From contig JAQGDQ010000283.1 of the NCBI GenBank assembly GCA_030141605.1, positions 124,001-188,000 on the forward strand: 64,000 nt of DNA, written 5' to 3'. Both the position numbers and the translations under genes were made by a program. Below the pieces are notes generated by a model. That model was not told the DNA's origin. It searched no databases and was given only the letters and a program-made list of their open reading frames with translations. How positions within the stretch are numbered: the stretch's first letter is position 1; each line of letters begins with the position of its first letter. Shown one piece after another: positions 26,708-40,347 of the stretch. Origin of the DNA: Tubiluchus corallicola (taxonomy: Eukaryota > Animalia > Priapulida).

Positions 26708-29700
26708 CAGAAACAAATGAGAAAGAGGAGAGGAGTTGAGGAAAGTAGAGGAGAGGAGCGGAGAAGAGAGGAGAGAAGAGGAGGGAGGGAAGGGAAGGTA
26801 AGAAAAGGGAATGGAAATGGAGTGAGAGAGGACGGGAAGGGTGGACAGGGGAGGAGAGGGGAAGGAAGAGAGGAGAGGAGAAGAGAAGAGAGCAGATAAA
26901 GAGGAATGGAAAGGTAAAGAAGGGAAGAAAACCAGTTGACAAATACTTTAAATGGGTGAACCATATCAGACTTCTAGAGATCTAGTAGTGGTTCAAGTGC
27001 TACTAGAGCGAGTAAATGATCATATAAATACCTGTATATATCTAGAGCTGTCTTTCCACAGGCTATATAATCATACTTGCCAGTTTCGTTTTTAAAATAA
27101 AAGGCCATCATGATGTCACCGACAGAGGAATCTTTTCCTGGTTCGACTGTTGCCTTATAGCACCTGCGCAGAGAGATAACAGGTTTTAATTAAGAAATCA
27201 CTTAATTAAGAATTTACTGCAACTACATGCCTTGTAATAAAATAGTATTCAGGTCTCGGGTCTTCCACCGCAACACGAGCCTTGCCTGAGTTTTAACAAT
27301 TCACAAAGCCTTCATTGTAGCATTGTCCTCTGTCGAGCATTCATTAATGCCGGTTTTGCCAAAATCCAATGAATGACCCAAAAATCAACATGCAACTATA
27401 CCTCTACGCAGAGTATACATTTCTAAGACTGCCAGCAAGCCGAGAAAAGTAACAACAGATAAATTGAAACAAAGACACACACACACACAAACCAATGGCA
27501 ACTGTAATAAAATTTCGACTTTGACCATTCTAACGACTTTTATTGTTGTTGTTGCTGGTGCTGCTGTTACTGCTATTACTTTTACTGTTGCTGTTGTCGT
27601 TGTTGTCACAATAGCTTAAATAATTGTTATTCTTGTTGTTGTTGTTGTTGTTTTACTGTACCATTTATCGGTTTTTAATTATTTAAAAGTCATTGAAAAG
27701 AATTTTCAGACCTATTTTTGCAATTATTTTCGCCATGTATAACAGTCATGCATTATGTACCACAAGTACATACTAGTTACTTTACCCTAACTTGTTTAAT
27801 CCCAACCATTGTCTCTATTTACAACTATCACTAGACCTACTAGAATAACTAAGTATACTACTACTTTAATTAACAATACAGTTTTTTTATTAATCTACTT
27901 GGTTGTGACTAGTAGACTAAGTCATTGGCTAGTACTACTTCCATACTGGCGGCCTGCTTACGGATATACCTAATTACTTGCACAAGTTATTTTTATAGCA
28001 ACTTCCAACTTATCGTGTTACTTTTTATAATATACCGTTTTGCTATTAATAAAAAAAAACAGTTTAATTTGCAAGTCAGATAAAGACAAACTATTTGATT
28101 AACTTTAAAGAAAGAGCAAATTAACCTAACTCATGGTTGTTTACTAAAGACTCAAGCAAATGTCCTCGATTTCCCGTCAGCATGTTACGTCACAAGATCA
28201 ATATGTTTGACGTCAATTAAGAAAAGAATGGTTGTAGAAAACAAGCTTCTTAACTTCAAGCTGTATATAAATGGCTCTGAATTGAAAGAGTAACTTCTAC
28301 TAAATTTTTAGCTATAATTCTGCATAAGCATCTCGATTGAAATTATCACAATAAATTAATCAGCCTTAAGAAGTACCCAAAACGTTATATCGTGTCTCAT
28401 ATAAAGAACTGTTTACTTTCTGGCATCACATTTACTCACCCTCCATTATGTATTAATTTATCCATATTTAAATTACATTAGCTGTTTTCTGGGTATCACT
28501 TATCCAACAAATCCCAGCCTTTCGCATTTCCCTCGGGGAAAATTTCTTTGTTTTGTTTTTTGGGATTGAACGAATATTTCCAAACAAATGAAACACTTTT
28601 CAAGCAAAGCTCCGCCAAGGCGGAAAAATCCTAAACATGTTCGTCTGACTCTTTTGAATGTAAAAAGTAAAATAAAGATAAACAAGCAAACATACAATAA
28701 TATACTTGTATAAGTTTTATATAGACTAGTAAAAGACTCACAAAATATTTTGGTTATTAAATATAATAATAGTCAATAATGCACGACTATTCCAAATAAT
28801 GTTTGTCTACATTTCTTTAACCTTTAGGCGATGGTAATAGACTGACAAGTATACTAAGTATTTACATACTACGTCAGTTAATAAGGCTATATACCTGTAT
28901 AATCAAAGCTTATAGATAGCGTTACACAGTGTTCCAAGCGAGAATTTCTCGAATTGGAACCTGGGAACTAACTTGTAGTTGTTTGAACTGGTGGAGAAAA
29001 TAAGAAAAGTACTGCATCTTGTAGCCAAATCCTTCTCTTTCCAAATAGCTGTAACATTTCCTCAACGACCTCAACGAAGTGATTCACGAATTTGCACGTG
29101 GTGTTCGACCAAGTTTTGTAGAAAAGAAAGAACCGCGAAAAAACGTATACCCATTTATGTTACTTTCACCCCTCTCCATATCGAGGTATCTGTGTCAAAA
29201 TCATTTTTCTTGCCTTCTCTTCACCTTCACCAAAATCACCTTCTCCACAAAGTTTCGTGGAAATACGTTTAAGTAGTTTTTCCGCAATAAATATAGGCTT
29301 ACGGCTTCAATAGACAAAAAAAACAACCAAACAAACAAACAGTGCTGAAGCATAACTTCCTTGGCGGAGGTAAAAATAACTAAAGATAATCATCAATCAC
29401 AGTAATTCTAACTCTAAACTCATATTTTATAAGTATGCCATTATTTCCTTTGTATTTTTCCTGTGCCATTTTGCCGTGCGACGTTGGCACCAACATTGGT
29501 AAGCGTTCTAACTTTAATTTGAATTTCCTTTTGCGCCCCTACCTTTGCCATAATTTTCATGCACAATCTAGAATCTCTCATTCTTCAGTCATGTCAATAT
29601 ATACCCTTTTTCTGGAACCACTATATTGATGACATTTTTGGCATATGGTGCAATAATTTGGATTTTTGACTGTTTTCTCACTCAAATCGACTCATTTCAT

Positions 29701-32700
29701 CAATAAAATTCACAGCTGAAACCAGTGTTGATTCTGGATTTCTAAATTTTTTTGACTTGGCTCTGTCAGTTAACCACATGGGCAAAATTGAACATGAACT
29801 TTATGTTAAAGATATACACAGTGATATATGTTTGAATTTCTCCGGCTCATCCAATCCACACAAAAAGGGCTTTAGTGCAGAGCCAGTTGAATAGGGCCAA
29901 GAGCCTTGCTAACACAGATATGGGCACCTCCGGGGGATCCGTAAGATTATGCTGCAAAAAATCAGTACACTTCCAAATTTATTAAGTCTATGGAAAGACA
30001 AGACTAGAAGAGCAGCAAAATGTCAAGAAACCATCACAACTTAAACCTGATGATACTTTGGTCCATTAGTGAATGACTCCACTTCAGCTAAAATTCGCAA
30101 AATTATAAAAAAAAATCCCAGCTGAACATAAGAGTAACTTTTCGAAACAATAATACCTTAAAAAGCAAACTTTGTAAGGTCTGCTTTACAACGTACTCCT
30201 TGTCCTACAGGCAAACGTGCCCCTTGCATAGTTTGCCTATCAGGACTGGATGGGCGTTGCACTGCAAAAGACGTTGTTTGCAAACGGCACTGTTCTGTCT
30301 GCCAGGAATTGTACAACGGGCAAACCAAACGACCTGTTAGAGATCGTCTCATGGAGCATATACGAAACTGTAAAAATCACACTGCTCCTTCCCCTGGGGA
30401 GAACATTATAAAAACCATGACTCATTTTACCATCACCCCCTATTTTACTTAGAGCTAAAGCTCATGTAGAAAGCTTACTGACTGATTAAAAATACAAACC
30501 TGTGATCAATATTGATTTTTATTTTAAATTAAATCAATTTAATTAGACCTCAGGATTTTATTGATTTTAATCCATGTATTTTTCTTTTCTTATAATATTT
30601 TTTAAATTTTAATGTTTTTTACTCTTTCATATTCTTTTTGGTTTTCTATTTTTTACATATTAGTAAGCTTTATAATTATATCTCACATCAGTTTTGTTCA
30701 ACATTTGTTCAACTAACAACACACCACAAACTGTTATCTGTAGTCATCTGTTTCTGGCTATACACCATACGTAGTTATTCACACTGTCTGTTTATGAAAT
30801 CAATAGGCATACGTTTGGTTATCTTTCAAGATATTAACTATATCTAATGGATGTCAGGTATGTTTGTCAGTTTAATTTTCATTTTGTTTTTAATTCAGCC
30901 TCGACATGCTTTTTGTACCCTTTACGTCACTGACATTGTATTTTATATTATTGTATCTTTCTGTGAAACTGATGTGCTAGACGGACGAATGCTTCAGAAA
31001 AAATGAATTTTTGAGATTTAATCGCATTTTGACTTCTTATTTTACGATTATTTGCCAGTTTGTGAAATTACAATACTTATCTTTGCTATCATTTTAATAA
31101 TACATGCAGCTCATTGTGATTTGTTGTGGCATTCTGTACGTAATCAACTAAAGAAAAATATAAGATTACTTGGGTTAATACGTACCCACATGTAGTGTAT
31201 TTAGAAAAACTTGCTTTTTTCTTCAACATAAAGCCAGTGAGTTCAAGATAAGATTTGTCTCCTCCCATAAAGCAGATGTCATTTGTCTCGTCAGTTTCAG
31301 GATTTAGAATACCTAAAATACATAAATTAGGTGCATAGATACTTGAATACATGTACACATACATAGCCTTCGTTGTACCTTTGTACATTCCTTTTGTATC
31401 TTTTCTCTCCCCCCCCCCCCCATTTTGCAATATACCATTTACTTTCTAACCCAGGAATCTCAATTGAAAACTTGCCAATTCATAATCTGGACACTTAAGA
31501 ATTCAAACCATCGGTAAACGTGATGATACCCCGACATTTTAAACATTTCGAACTATATGTTCTTTGCAATTTCCCCTGGTAACATGAAAAACCCGAATCG
31601 TGGAAACTTGATACACATTAACACGGCGACACTGTAACGTGCATGCGCATGTGGTAATCTAAAACTTAGCAACTGGATAATTAAAATAACTTGATATCTA
31701 TATAAATGTTTTATAAAATGAATTCTTGGTAATTCAACCCAGATATTTAATAACTCAGGCAATTGGCAAGCCAAATATTTGGTGTTTGTATGTATACGAC
31801 AATCTGTATATTTTTAAAGGGAACACTTGTTATAGCCTAGACTTTTGAGAAACTAACCAAGAGACTACGGGGCAAGAATATATTGTATATTTTTTTAACA
31901 AAAATGGTATAGGAGAAACCGTGGATGATTGTAACATTTCTCATATTTTCTCTTTTAAATGCACGAACGTTGACGTCTCATAGACTAGTACCCAGACAAA
32001 GTAGATAAAGTACATCAACAGGGTAAGGGATTACGAAGCCATAGAGATATCAAAGAAAATAAAAATGTAACAACAAACCCCTCATTCTGGGTATGCGCTT
32101 GCTGTAACGCAGCCTGGGGCAAGTTGAAACAAAGGTAATATATTCAGTTATTTGGTAAGTTTTTTCAGTGAACCTAGGTCAATAGTATGCTTAATTACAG
32201 AAACAAGCCAATCCAAATACAACATGGCAACCGTTCCAGAATAGTGAAATTTGATGCGTATTGTACTGAAAAAAATTGATCAAACTTTTAACAATAAACT
32301 TATTGAACATAATGTCTAGCAACAAATTTTAATTCTGATAAACAAATATTGATCAAAATTTAATTTTAATTGCTGATTAGCGATTGATTAGTGACTGAAA
32401 TTGTTAGAATCGCATTTATAGCATGTGTAATAAAATGCCTATGTTGAACAATAGCGTTACAAATAGCTCTAAAAGGAGTTTTGTACTAATGAACCATAAT
32501 TTTAAAAAAATCAGTGTTTCAAAAAAGACGTATTATAGCATAGCGTGGTTGAAGGTCAGTACTTTATTATTTATTATTCAAAAATATCTGAAAATAACGT
32601 ACTTTAAATAGTAGATCAATATATTAAAAAAGCAAAAATTTACTTTCAGCTGTTAAAATAACATCGCGCTCAGTTCTGTGTGCGCTAAAATCGTCATTGC

Positions 32701-33681
32701 TGATATACATGTAGTATAGAGGTTGCCCAAAGGCCATTGTTATCTAGTCTTCCCATGAACTCTTAAACAATGGTATAAGGAATATATAAAGGTTGCTTCA
32801 ACGTACCCGTGTTACAGTCAGCCCCAATTTCCCTTAAAATTCGTTGATATTGAGGGATATTTATCAAATCGATATTAAGAATTTGCAACTCTATAGACTA
32901 ATCGCATAACTTTTTGAACGTCTTGTGCAAAAACATTGCCCAAAATCACAATTAGAATGATGTATCATATCTCGCAAGATGTAACTAGTTTCGCTGGGTA
33001 TGTAGATGACCATTACTAAGTATCCCAGTACCAAGTTGGTGTCTTATTATGTACTTGGTTATCAAGTTTTTTGGGTAATCAAATCTCTAAGCTACCATTT
33101 ATCAAAGTTCCAAATACGCAAACGCCGAACACATTTATCAAGTATCTCGTAACGATTTAAGTCACACAAAAATTGCTCAATTGCATTTTTACTGTGATCT
33201 CCAACCAATATGGTGTTGAGAAGGATATTAATCTTGACTGATTGAATGAAACATTAAAACTATCGTTACCAAAACTACCAAAATTTACCATTATTTTCAA
33301 GTTATCAATACGAGAAGGTTGATTAATTATTACAAAAATATCCTTTATAAACATTTCTCTAAAACTCGCCGTAATATTTTTACAGTTAAAATCGAACATC
33401 TATCACATGACATCGTTCAATTTTTAGGGTAGATTTTTTCCTTAGCTACAGGTTCCAAACTTCCATTGACACTTAGTAATAAATTATTAGGTTCCACGAT
33501 AAAATATTAATACATGTAAGTTATCAAAATATGTTACATAAAAACTTTTTACACAAAAAACATCTAAGAACCTCGCGGCAAATAGTCATAATTACTTACC
33601 TCCGTTAACGAAAGTCCTGCACCAATGGACTGCAGCTAAAAAAGCTATCGCTAAGAGAAATCTCAATTTCCCAAAGTTCAT
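24406..33681 (-). CDS. Secreted pentraxin-domain protein, paralog B (about 274 aa)
   Basis: Exons 33681-33600 (MNFGKLRFLLAIAFLAAVHWCRTFVNG), 31312-31186, 27163-27032, 26253-26115 (CDGRWHNICATY..YVDCG), 25158-24880 and 24471-24406 (LLKIGPSDTTAYYRQLRYNEV*); GT-AG, same phases as A, 825 nt. Confidence 0.88.
25795..26020. repeat. CT-rich low-complexity tract
   Basis: Direct inspection. Confidence 0.9.
26382..26445. repeat. Near-perfect 30-bp inverted repeat (hairpin, 4-nt loop)
   Basis: aagcaagaaagggaggagggagacgcagtt-cgtt-aactgcgtctccctcctccttttcttgctt; one mismatch. Confidence 0.92.
26545..26930. repeat. (GA)n microsatellite and GA-rich tract (intron 3, paralog B)
   Basis: Direct inspection. 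Confidence 0.95.
28605..29375 (-). mobile_element. Helentron-associated non-autonomous element (HINE/DINE-1-like)
   Basis: Minus strand begins ttacctccgccaaggaagttatg followed by (tttg)n and ends with the inverted subterminal repeat ccttggcggag at 28610-28620. Confidence 0.6.
29620..31080 (+). mobile_element. Decayed Penelope-like retroelement (RT thumb plus GIY-YIG endonuclease) in intron 2 of paralog B
   Basis: ELYVKDIHSDICLNF and KRALVQS (RT C-terminus); CIVCLSG..CTAKDVV, CSVCQELYNGQTKRPVRDRLMEHIRN and LGEHYKNH (GIY-YIG); T-rich tail with a degenerate ctgatg..cgaa motif at 30969. Confidence 0.85.
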
Positions 33682-35414
33682 TGTTTAGATTTGTTCTGCA
33701 AGTATGTCTTCGGCGTGTTAATTCTGGAATAACTAAAAAAATAAAAAACTGTCAGCAATTGAATGCTATAAAAACTGTAAAACCGTGGCAAACATGCTAA
33801 ATATAAAAAAGTAAACAACGGCACAGAAAAAAACAAAATCACGCATTTATTAACACCCGCAGAAAAAAGAAAGTAGAAATATTAGTTAATCATTAATAAG
33901 ATATAAGAGCGACTTATTTCATAAAAAGAACGTAGCTTAAATTATACAACGTAGCAATAATATAGTGTGAGGGTACGTCACTAATGGTGGTCTTGAAGAA
34001 GCAAGCCTTATTTTGAATTCATATAAGGGCGTGCAAGGTGTTGCATTGACAATAGCCACAAATACACCATTATAAAAATATCGTGAGAAAAATATTCGTC
34101 ATAAAACAGAAGAAGGAATTCGAGCAAAAAGAAATTCAGATTGTTTCTTCATTGTTTCTGCAGCAATAACTGTACAATGTAAGAAAAATAAGAGAAACGG
34201 AAATTGATGCAAACATGGCATTGGAAATGAAATGCACAGCTAGCAAAGTTTGATAAAAAACAATATTTAATGAAATTGTAATTAATAAAACAAAATACAG
34301 GGTATACTTACCAGCAGTACGCAGAACAAGGTTTCACTATGAAGCGGCCAAGCCTATTTGAAAAATTCATTGGTTTGCTTGTTTCAAGACTTAATTACAA
34401 TTATAATGATTTACAAAGGGACAGAAAATGATCGAAAAGAGTAAACTGAGCATTATGTATGGGCGATAGAGATATAAAAACATTAAGTTCACGGTCATAT
34501 AGAAAGATATGTCATGTGGGAATCCACTAAAAACAAGAAGCTGAAGGTATACCGTACAGGCCTAATACAGAAATTTCTGGCACTTTCGTTGATGCCACAA
34601 ATTTCCGGATTCGGTATGTACCGTATTCCTTGTTAAAGTCAGTTTCCTAGCTTCTTTTATATGGCTCGAAATAACCTTCAAATAAGTCTTCTAATTTTGC
34701 TGTTTATAGTGCTAACTAAAATTTTCATTTTCCAAATGAAATTTAAAATATAGATGTTTTTGTAGGGCATTTCAAAAACAAACTTACAAGTATGTTTCCA
34801 AATTAGTGCAATGAAGAAATTTAAATAACACATAAACGTCATTCCAGGTTATATAGCCCCGCATATTTTAGCCCCAAAGTTTTACTTGTTTGATGGAGCT
34901 AATAAATAGTGTGCGCTACAAGTCTTTATTTTTGTGGTACCTTGAATCAAAGTCGATTGGGAAGCGGATATTTGGGCAAAGGACGTTTGTGCAGTGGACG
35001 GTTAGGCAACGGACGTTGGACAGTTTGGCAATGGACATTTAGACAGTGGACACTTGTGCAGTGGGTTGGGTAATGGATATTTTGGCAACAGCCAGTTAGA
35101 CCGTAGACAGTTGCACGGTGGACTGTTGGACAATAGTACTTCAGCAGTGAATACTTGGCAAATGGACACTTCGAAGAAGACATTTGGTTACTGACTTTAG
35201 GCAGCAACGCCAAATTGTTTGCCATTTGTCAATGTCACGTACATAGCTTACCCACCTATTTACTTGCCCACTGACACGGTCACTAATCTACTCACGTAAC
35301 AACTTTCTTGCTTGCCTAACTGTTTTTCTGTCTATCTATACCTCTCTGATTGTCTATGTATGACTTCTCAATCACGTTTCGTTTGACTGCTTGCCTGCTA
35401 GCTTACAATTCACA

Positions 35415-35870
35415 TACCTACTTATGTATGTATGTGTAGTGTACCTACCTACCTTTCTACATACATAAATACATACATACATACATACATGCATACCTAC
35501 GTACCTACCTACCTACTTGCGTATCTACCTGCCTACCTACCTACCTACCTACCTACCTACCTACCTACCTACCTACCTACCTACCTACTTACCTACCTAC
35601 ATACCTACCTAAATACCTAACTAACTGTCTATCTACCTACTTACCTACCTACCTACCTACCTACCTACCTACCTACCTACCTACCTACCTACCTACCTTC
35701 CTTCCTACCTACCGACCTACCTACCTACCTACCTACCTACCTTCCTTCCTACTTACCTACCTACCTGCCTACCTACCTACCTACCTACCTAAATACCTAA
35801 CTTCCTGTCTACCTACCTACCTACCTACCTACCTACCTACCTACCTACCTACCTACCTACCTACCTACCT
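35415..35870. repeat. (CCTA)n/(CATA)n microsatellite, about 450 bp
   Basis: Direct inspection. Confidence 0.95.
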
Positions 35871-36729
35871 TATCAATCGATTTATATACACTCACTTACA
35901 GTAAGTGTATCTAATGACTCTTGTCATACCGAGTGTATGATGTCAGTTGACATTACCCGCTTCAAAAAGAGATAAAGTGATACATATTTACTAGCAACTG
36001 TTACAGCAGTTGCTGCAACAATTGTCATCATAATGAGTGCAAAAGAAGCCATGTGTATGTGACAGCCAGAATTCCTGTACAGTCGCGATGATCAGCATTA
36101 ACAGTACATTAAGAGAAGCAGCAGCAGCAATAGCACTAACAGTAGCGGCAATGATGAACAGCAGTAGCAGCGTTCACACGAATAATTCGACAGAAGTTTA
36201 CTCCTGTCCTGAAATTTCCTGTCACATCCTGACCGATAAATTTGAATTTATTTGGACCGCGAAGATCTTATTGCGATTTATAAAATCTGACCAGGAAAGA
36301 AAACATTTTGTCTGAATGTGAATTTCTATGAGAATGCTCGCTTACCTCATAATCCTAACAGTTGTCACGGATTCCCGTGGATGAGTTCAACTCTTAGATT
36401 TTAGACTTATTTATTCATCATCTGCCGCCAGATCTCAACTATTGCTAACTAACAGCTCCTATGACTTGCGCAAACTTACTTAGAACTGCTCAGGCTGTAA
36501 TTTTTATATACATATTAACCTTAAAATCATTTACACCTGGTAACTTCAGCTTCAATGTAAAGTTATAAATTTCATTGTCACCTCTGTTCAAGTAGGCCAT
36601 TTTACATCAGCGATAATTAAAGCAGCGTCATATGATCGGCCTAATTCACCTTGTTCAGTTCATTTATATGTTTTAAAAGTTAATCAAATAGTTGTCTTTA
36701 TTTAGCTTGCAAGGTTGTACATATCGTAT

Positions 36730-37741
36730 GTACACAAGGTCGTACACATTCTTATCGAAACACCAATTCGGATTTAGAAAAAACATTCAACTGTCGAATG
36801 ATAAGCGTAACTGAAAACTGGCGAGATAATCTCGATAAAAACAAATATGTGGCAGTAGCTTTTTTAGATTTAAGTAAAGCTTTCGACAGACAGTTTAAAT
36901 CACACACTACCATTAGAAAATTTGAAAGAACTTGGATTTGTACAATCAGCATTAAAATTAATTACTGATTAGCTACAAAATAGAAAGCAGCAGATTAAAA
37001 TAAACTATACAACATTCTCAGATTGGGCTAACCTTCAACGAGGTGTCCCACAATATACACTTTTGGGACCTCTACTGTTTAACCTTTTTATCAACAATAT
37101 TTCTAACGTTCTACAACATTCAAGTATTACGCAATATGTAGATGACAGAGCTATTTATCTGGTTCACGAGAATATCAGCATTGCGAAACAGTACTTAGGA
37201 AAGGACATAAAGAATGTCAACATGGCATTTAATTATTACAAGCTAAAATGAACAGTGATAAAACGAAATTTATAGTATTATCCCCTACAACTAACGGTAC
37301 TGAAAATACAGCTGCTATATCCCTGCAAATAGAAAATGCTGTTATTGCGCAGTCGAAAGTTGTTAATTTCTTAGGCGTTAAATTGGACAATATGCTTACA
37401 TGGGAAGAACAGTTCATCAACATTTATAAAAAAATGCCATTAACTACTTCGTCCCTTCGACAAATCAGAGGATAGCTATCAAAACAAACAAAAATTCTAA
37501 TTTACAAAACTCTAATTTTGCCCCACAATTTATATGCGACATGCTGTTCCAAAAAGTGAAAAGAGAGTCTTACATCAAATTAAATGTACTTCAAAACTAT
37601 GGTTTACGATTAGTTAATGGTCGTTCTTTGACATTATCTCACAATACAAATAAATATTCTGCCACCTCCTTAAGAAACTCCATGAAAATACCCATATTGG
37701 AAGTCCACAGAGATTATCAAACTCTCCTGTTTCTCTGTAAA
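36730..37741 (+). mobile_element. Decayed L2/CR1-group LINE RT, interrupted by the Helitron array (resumes near 41205-41420)
   Basis: HQFGFRK, VAVAFLDLSKAFD, RGVPQYTLLGPLLFNLFINN, QYVDD and NFLGVKLDNMLTW; after the array RTNNQYGKNSI resembles the LINE C-terminal motif. Confidence 0.88.
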
Positions 37742-37763
37742 TATATCTATATCTATATCTATA

Positions 37764-38700
37764 TCTATACTCTTATATTAATATTCTTGGTATCTTAATT
37801 TATTTATATATAAGATTCGAGGCTACAGCTTCGACGAGGGCACCATTTGCGGCGATCTATACATCAAACGAAAGGTCTCGATCTAGTGTCGTGCCATTGA
37901 TGGTTTATTTTTCGAATTGGGCCCACCGGAAGGAAGGGGGGGGGGCGAAAAACCTCCAAAAATGGCCCTTTTTCGGCAGTTTTTTGCAAAAGTTATACGG
38001 CTGAGATGTAGAGAACGGGAATGGGCCGAGGGGGGTACTGGGTATGGATAGATAGCCCGTTCAGCGGTGGGTGTTGTAGGTATATTTAGAATTCCCGAGA
38101 GGTCCACGGGGTCCCGCAACGGGCGTTTTCCCAGACCCAACTCGCGATTTTTTCGAAATTTTGACAAAACAGCATGCGGGAAAAACGTTCTAGCGGCGCC
38201 CGGTGGGACTCTCGGAAGGAGATATATAGCTCTTTACAAAGAGAAAGGACGGGGCTACACGATGATGTGGGCTATATGTTAGGGCAGGTCCACCGAGAGG
38301 AGTACTAGCGAGTTAATTAGATGTTCTATTTTCGGCAATTTTCGCTTAGAAAACTGTCCTAACGCATTCCATTGTGCTGACGTCATCCATTGTACTCTGC
38401 TGGCTTTGCGTTAGATAAACAGACATACAGTAGGCATGATGTTACGGGCTACAGGCTTTGCGTTAGGTAAATAGGCAGGATGTTACGGGCTGATGTCATC
38501 CATTGTGTCTATAACTTTAATTCAGCAAAAAGCTGCTTTGCAACATACAGTAGGCATGAGTAAACGCTGCTGGCTTTGCGTTAGGTAAGTAGGCAGGATG
38601 TTACGTTCTTTGTGTTATAAATGAGGACTTGGTAGGACGTTTGCGTATTATTGATTACACATGTATTTATACGCAAAATCTTTTGCGGGGCCTTTGCTAG
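37764..38700 (+). mobile_element. Non-autonomous Helitron, copy 1
   Basis: 5' TCTATACTC; 3' hairpin CGCAAAA-TC-TTTTGCG 9 nt before the terminal CTAG; no TIR or TSD; highly similar to the copies at 38708, 40348 and 45129. Confidence 0.85.
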
Positions 38701-38707
38701 TCCCTTA

Positions 38708-39533
38708 TCTATACTCTTATATTAATATTCTTGGTATATATATATATATATATATTTATTTATATATATATATATATAAGATTCGAGGCTACAGCTTCGA
38801 CGAGGGCACCATTTGCGGCGATCTATATATCAAACGAAAGGTCTCGATCTAGTGTCGTGCCATTGATGGTTTATTTTTCGAATTGGGCCCACCGGAAGGA
38901 AGGGGGGGCGAAAAACCTCCAAAAATGGCCCTTTTTCGGCAGTTTTTTGCAAAAGTTATACGGCTGAGATGTAGAGAACGGGAACGGGCCGAGGGGGGTG
39001 CTGGGCATGGATAGATAGCCCGTTCAGCGGTGGGTGTCATAGGCCTATTTAGAATTCCCAAGAGGGCCACGGGGTCCCGCAACGGGCGTTTTCCCAGACC
39101 CAACTCGTGATTTTTTCGAACTTTTTGACAAAACAGCATGCGGGAAAAACGTTCTAGCGGCGCCCGGTGGGACTCTCGGAAGGAGATATGCGGCTCTTTA
39201 CAAAGAGGAAGGACAGGGCTACACGATGATGTGGGCTATATGTTAGGGCAGGTCCACCGAGAGAAGTACCGACGAGTTAATTAGAGGTTCCATTTTCGGC
39301 AATTTTCGCTTAGAAAACTGCTGACGCAAAGGCATTGTTGTGACGTCATCCATTGTACTCTACTCTGCTTATAACTTTAATTCAGCAAAAAGCTACAGGC
39401 TTTGCGTTAGTTAAACAAACAGTAGGCATGATGTTACGGGCTTTGTGTTATAAATGAGGACTAGGTAGGATGTTCGCGTATTATTGATTACACGTGGTTT
39501 TTTACGCAAAATCTTTTGCGGGGCCTTTGCTAT
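38708..39533 (+). mobile_element. Non-autonomous Helitron, copy 2 (terminus CTAT instead of CTAG)
   Basis: Same 5' TCTATACTC, (TA)n, body and 3' hairpin. Confidence 0.85.
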
Positions 39534-39669
39534 TTATTATATTATAGCACATAGTTTCAACTTTGTGAAAAATGTTTGGAATGGTTTTGTTGTAATGCTG
39601 CGCTGTTGGTGCTTGTGTCGTCATCGTTGCCACCATCATCATCATCATCAACATCATGATTACCACGTG

Positions 39670-40310
39670 AGGTGGTGGATTTGATGTGGTGTGGTGGTGG
39701 TGTGCTTTGTGTGTTGTGCTATGGATGGTGTGGTGGGGTGATAGGGTGTGTGGGTTGTGGTGTGGGTAGTGTGGTATGGAGTGGGTGGCGTGGTGTGTAT
39801 GGGTGGGTGTTGTGGTGCAGTGTGGTGTTATGGTGTGGTGCAGTGCGGTGTGATGTGGTGGAGTATTATGGTGTTGGTGGTGTGGTGTGTGGGTGGTGCA
39901 GTGTGGTGCAGTGATATGGTGTGGTGCAGTGTGGTGTGATGTGGTGGAGTCGTATGGTGTGGGTGGTGTGGTGTGTGGGTGGTGCGGTGTGCTGCAGTGG
40001 TATGGTGTGGTGTGGTGTGGTGTGGTGGAGTGGTGTGGTGTGTAGGTGGGTGGGTGGTGCGGTGTGGTGTTGTGCGGTGTGATGTGGTGGAGTATTATGG
40101 TGTGGGTGGTGCAGTGGTATGGTGTGGTGCAGTGTGGTGTGATGTGGTGGAGTGATATGGTGTGGGTGGTGTGGTGTGTAGGTGGTATGGTGTGGTGCGG
40201 TGCGGTGTGGTGGTATTGTGTGGTGCAGTGTGGTGCGATGAGGTGGAGTGGTATGGTGTGGTGCAGTGTGGTGTGATGAGGTGGAGTGGTGTGGTGTGGG
40301 TTTTGTGTTG
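39670..40310. repeat. GTG-rich (GGTGT/GCAGT) minisatellite
   Basis: Direct inspection; followed by a Helitron-like hairpin and CTAG at 40318-40347. Confidence 0.92.
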
Positions 40311-40347
40311 ATTTGTGCACAAAATTCTTTTTGTGGGGTTTGGCTAG

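Noticed and set aside
26444-26964. Leu/Ser-rich and Arg/Glu-rich ORFs (also 11847-12222 and 25679-25984)
   Set aside because: Products of (GA)n/(CT)n tracts inside pentraxin introns.
35415-35870. Interstitial telomeric repeat
   Set aside because: The unit is TAGG (4-mer), not TTAGG or TTAGGG.
39502-40322. 272-aa His/Thr/Pro-rich ORF and overlapping Val/Trp/Cys ORFs
   Set aside because: Translations of the GTG minisatellite, open in several frames, with no splice or signal context.
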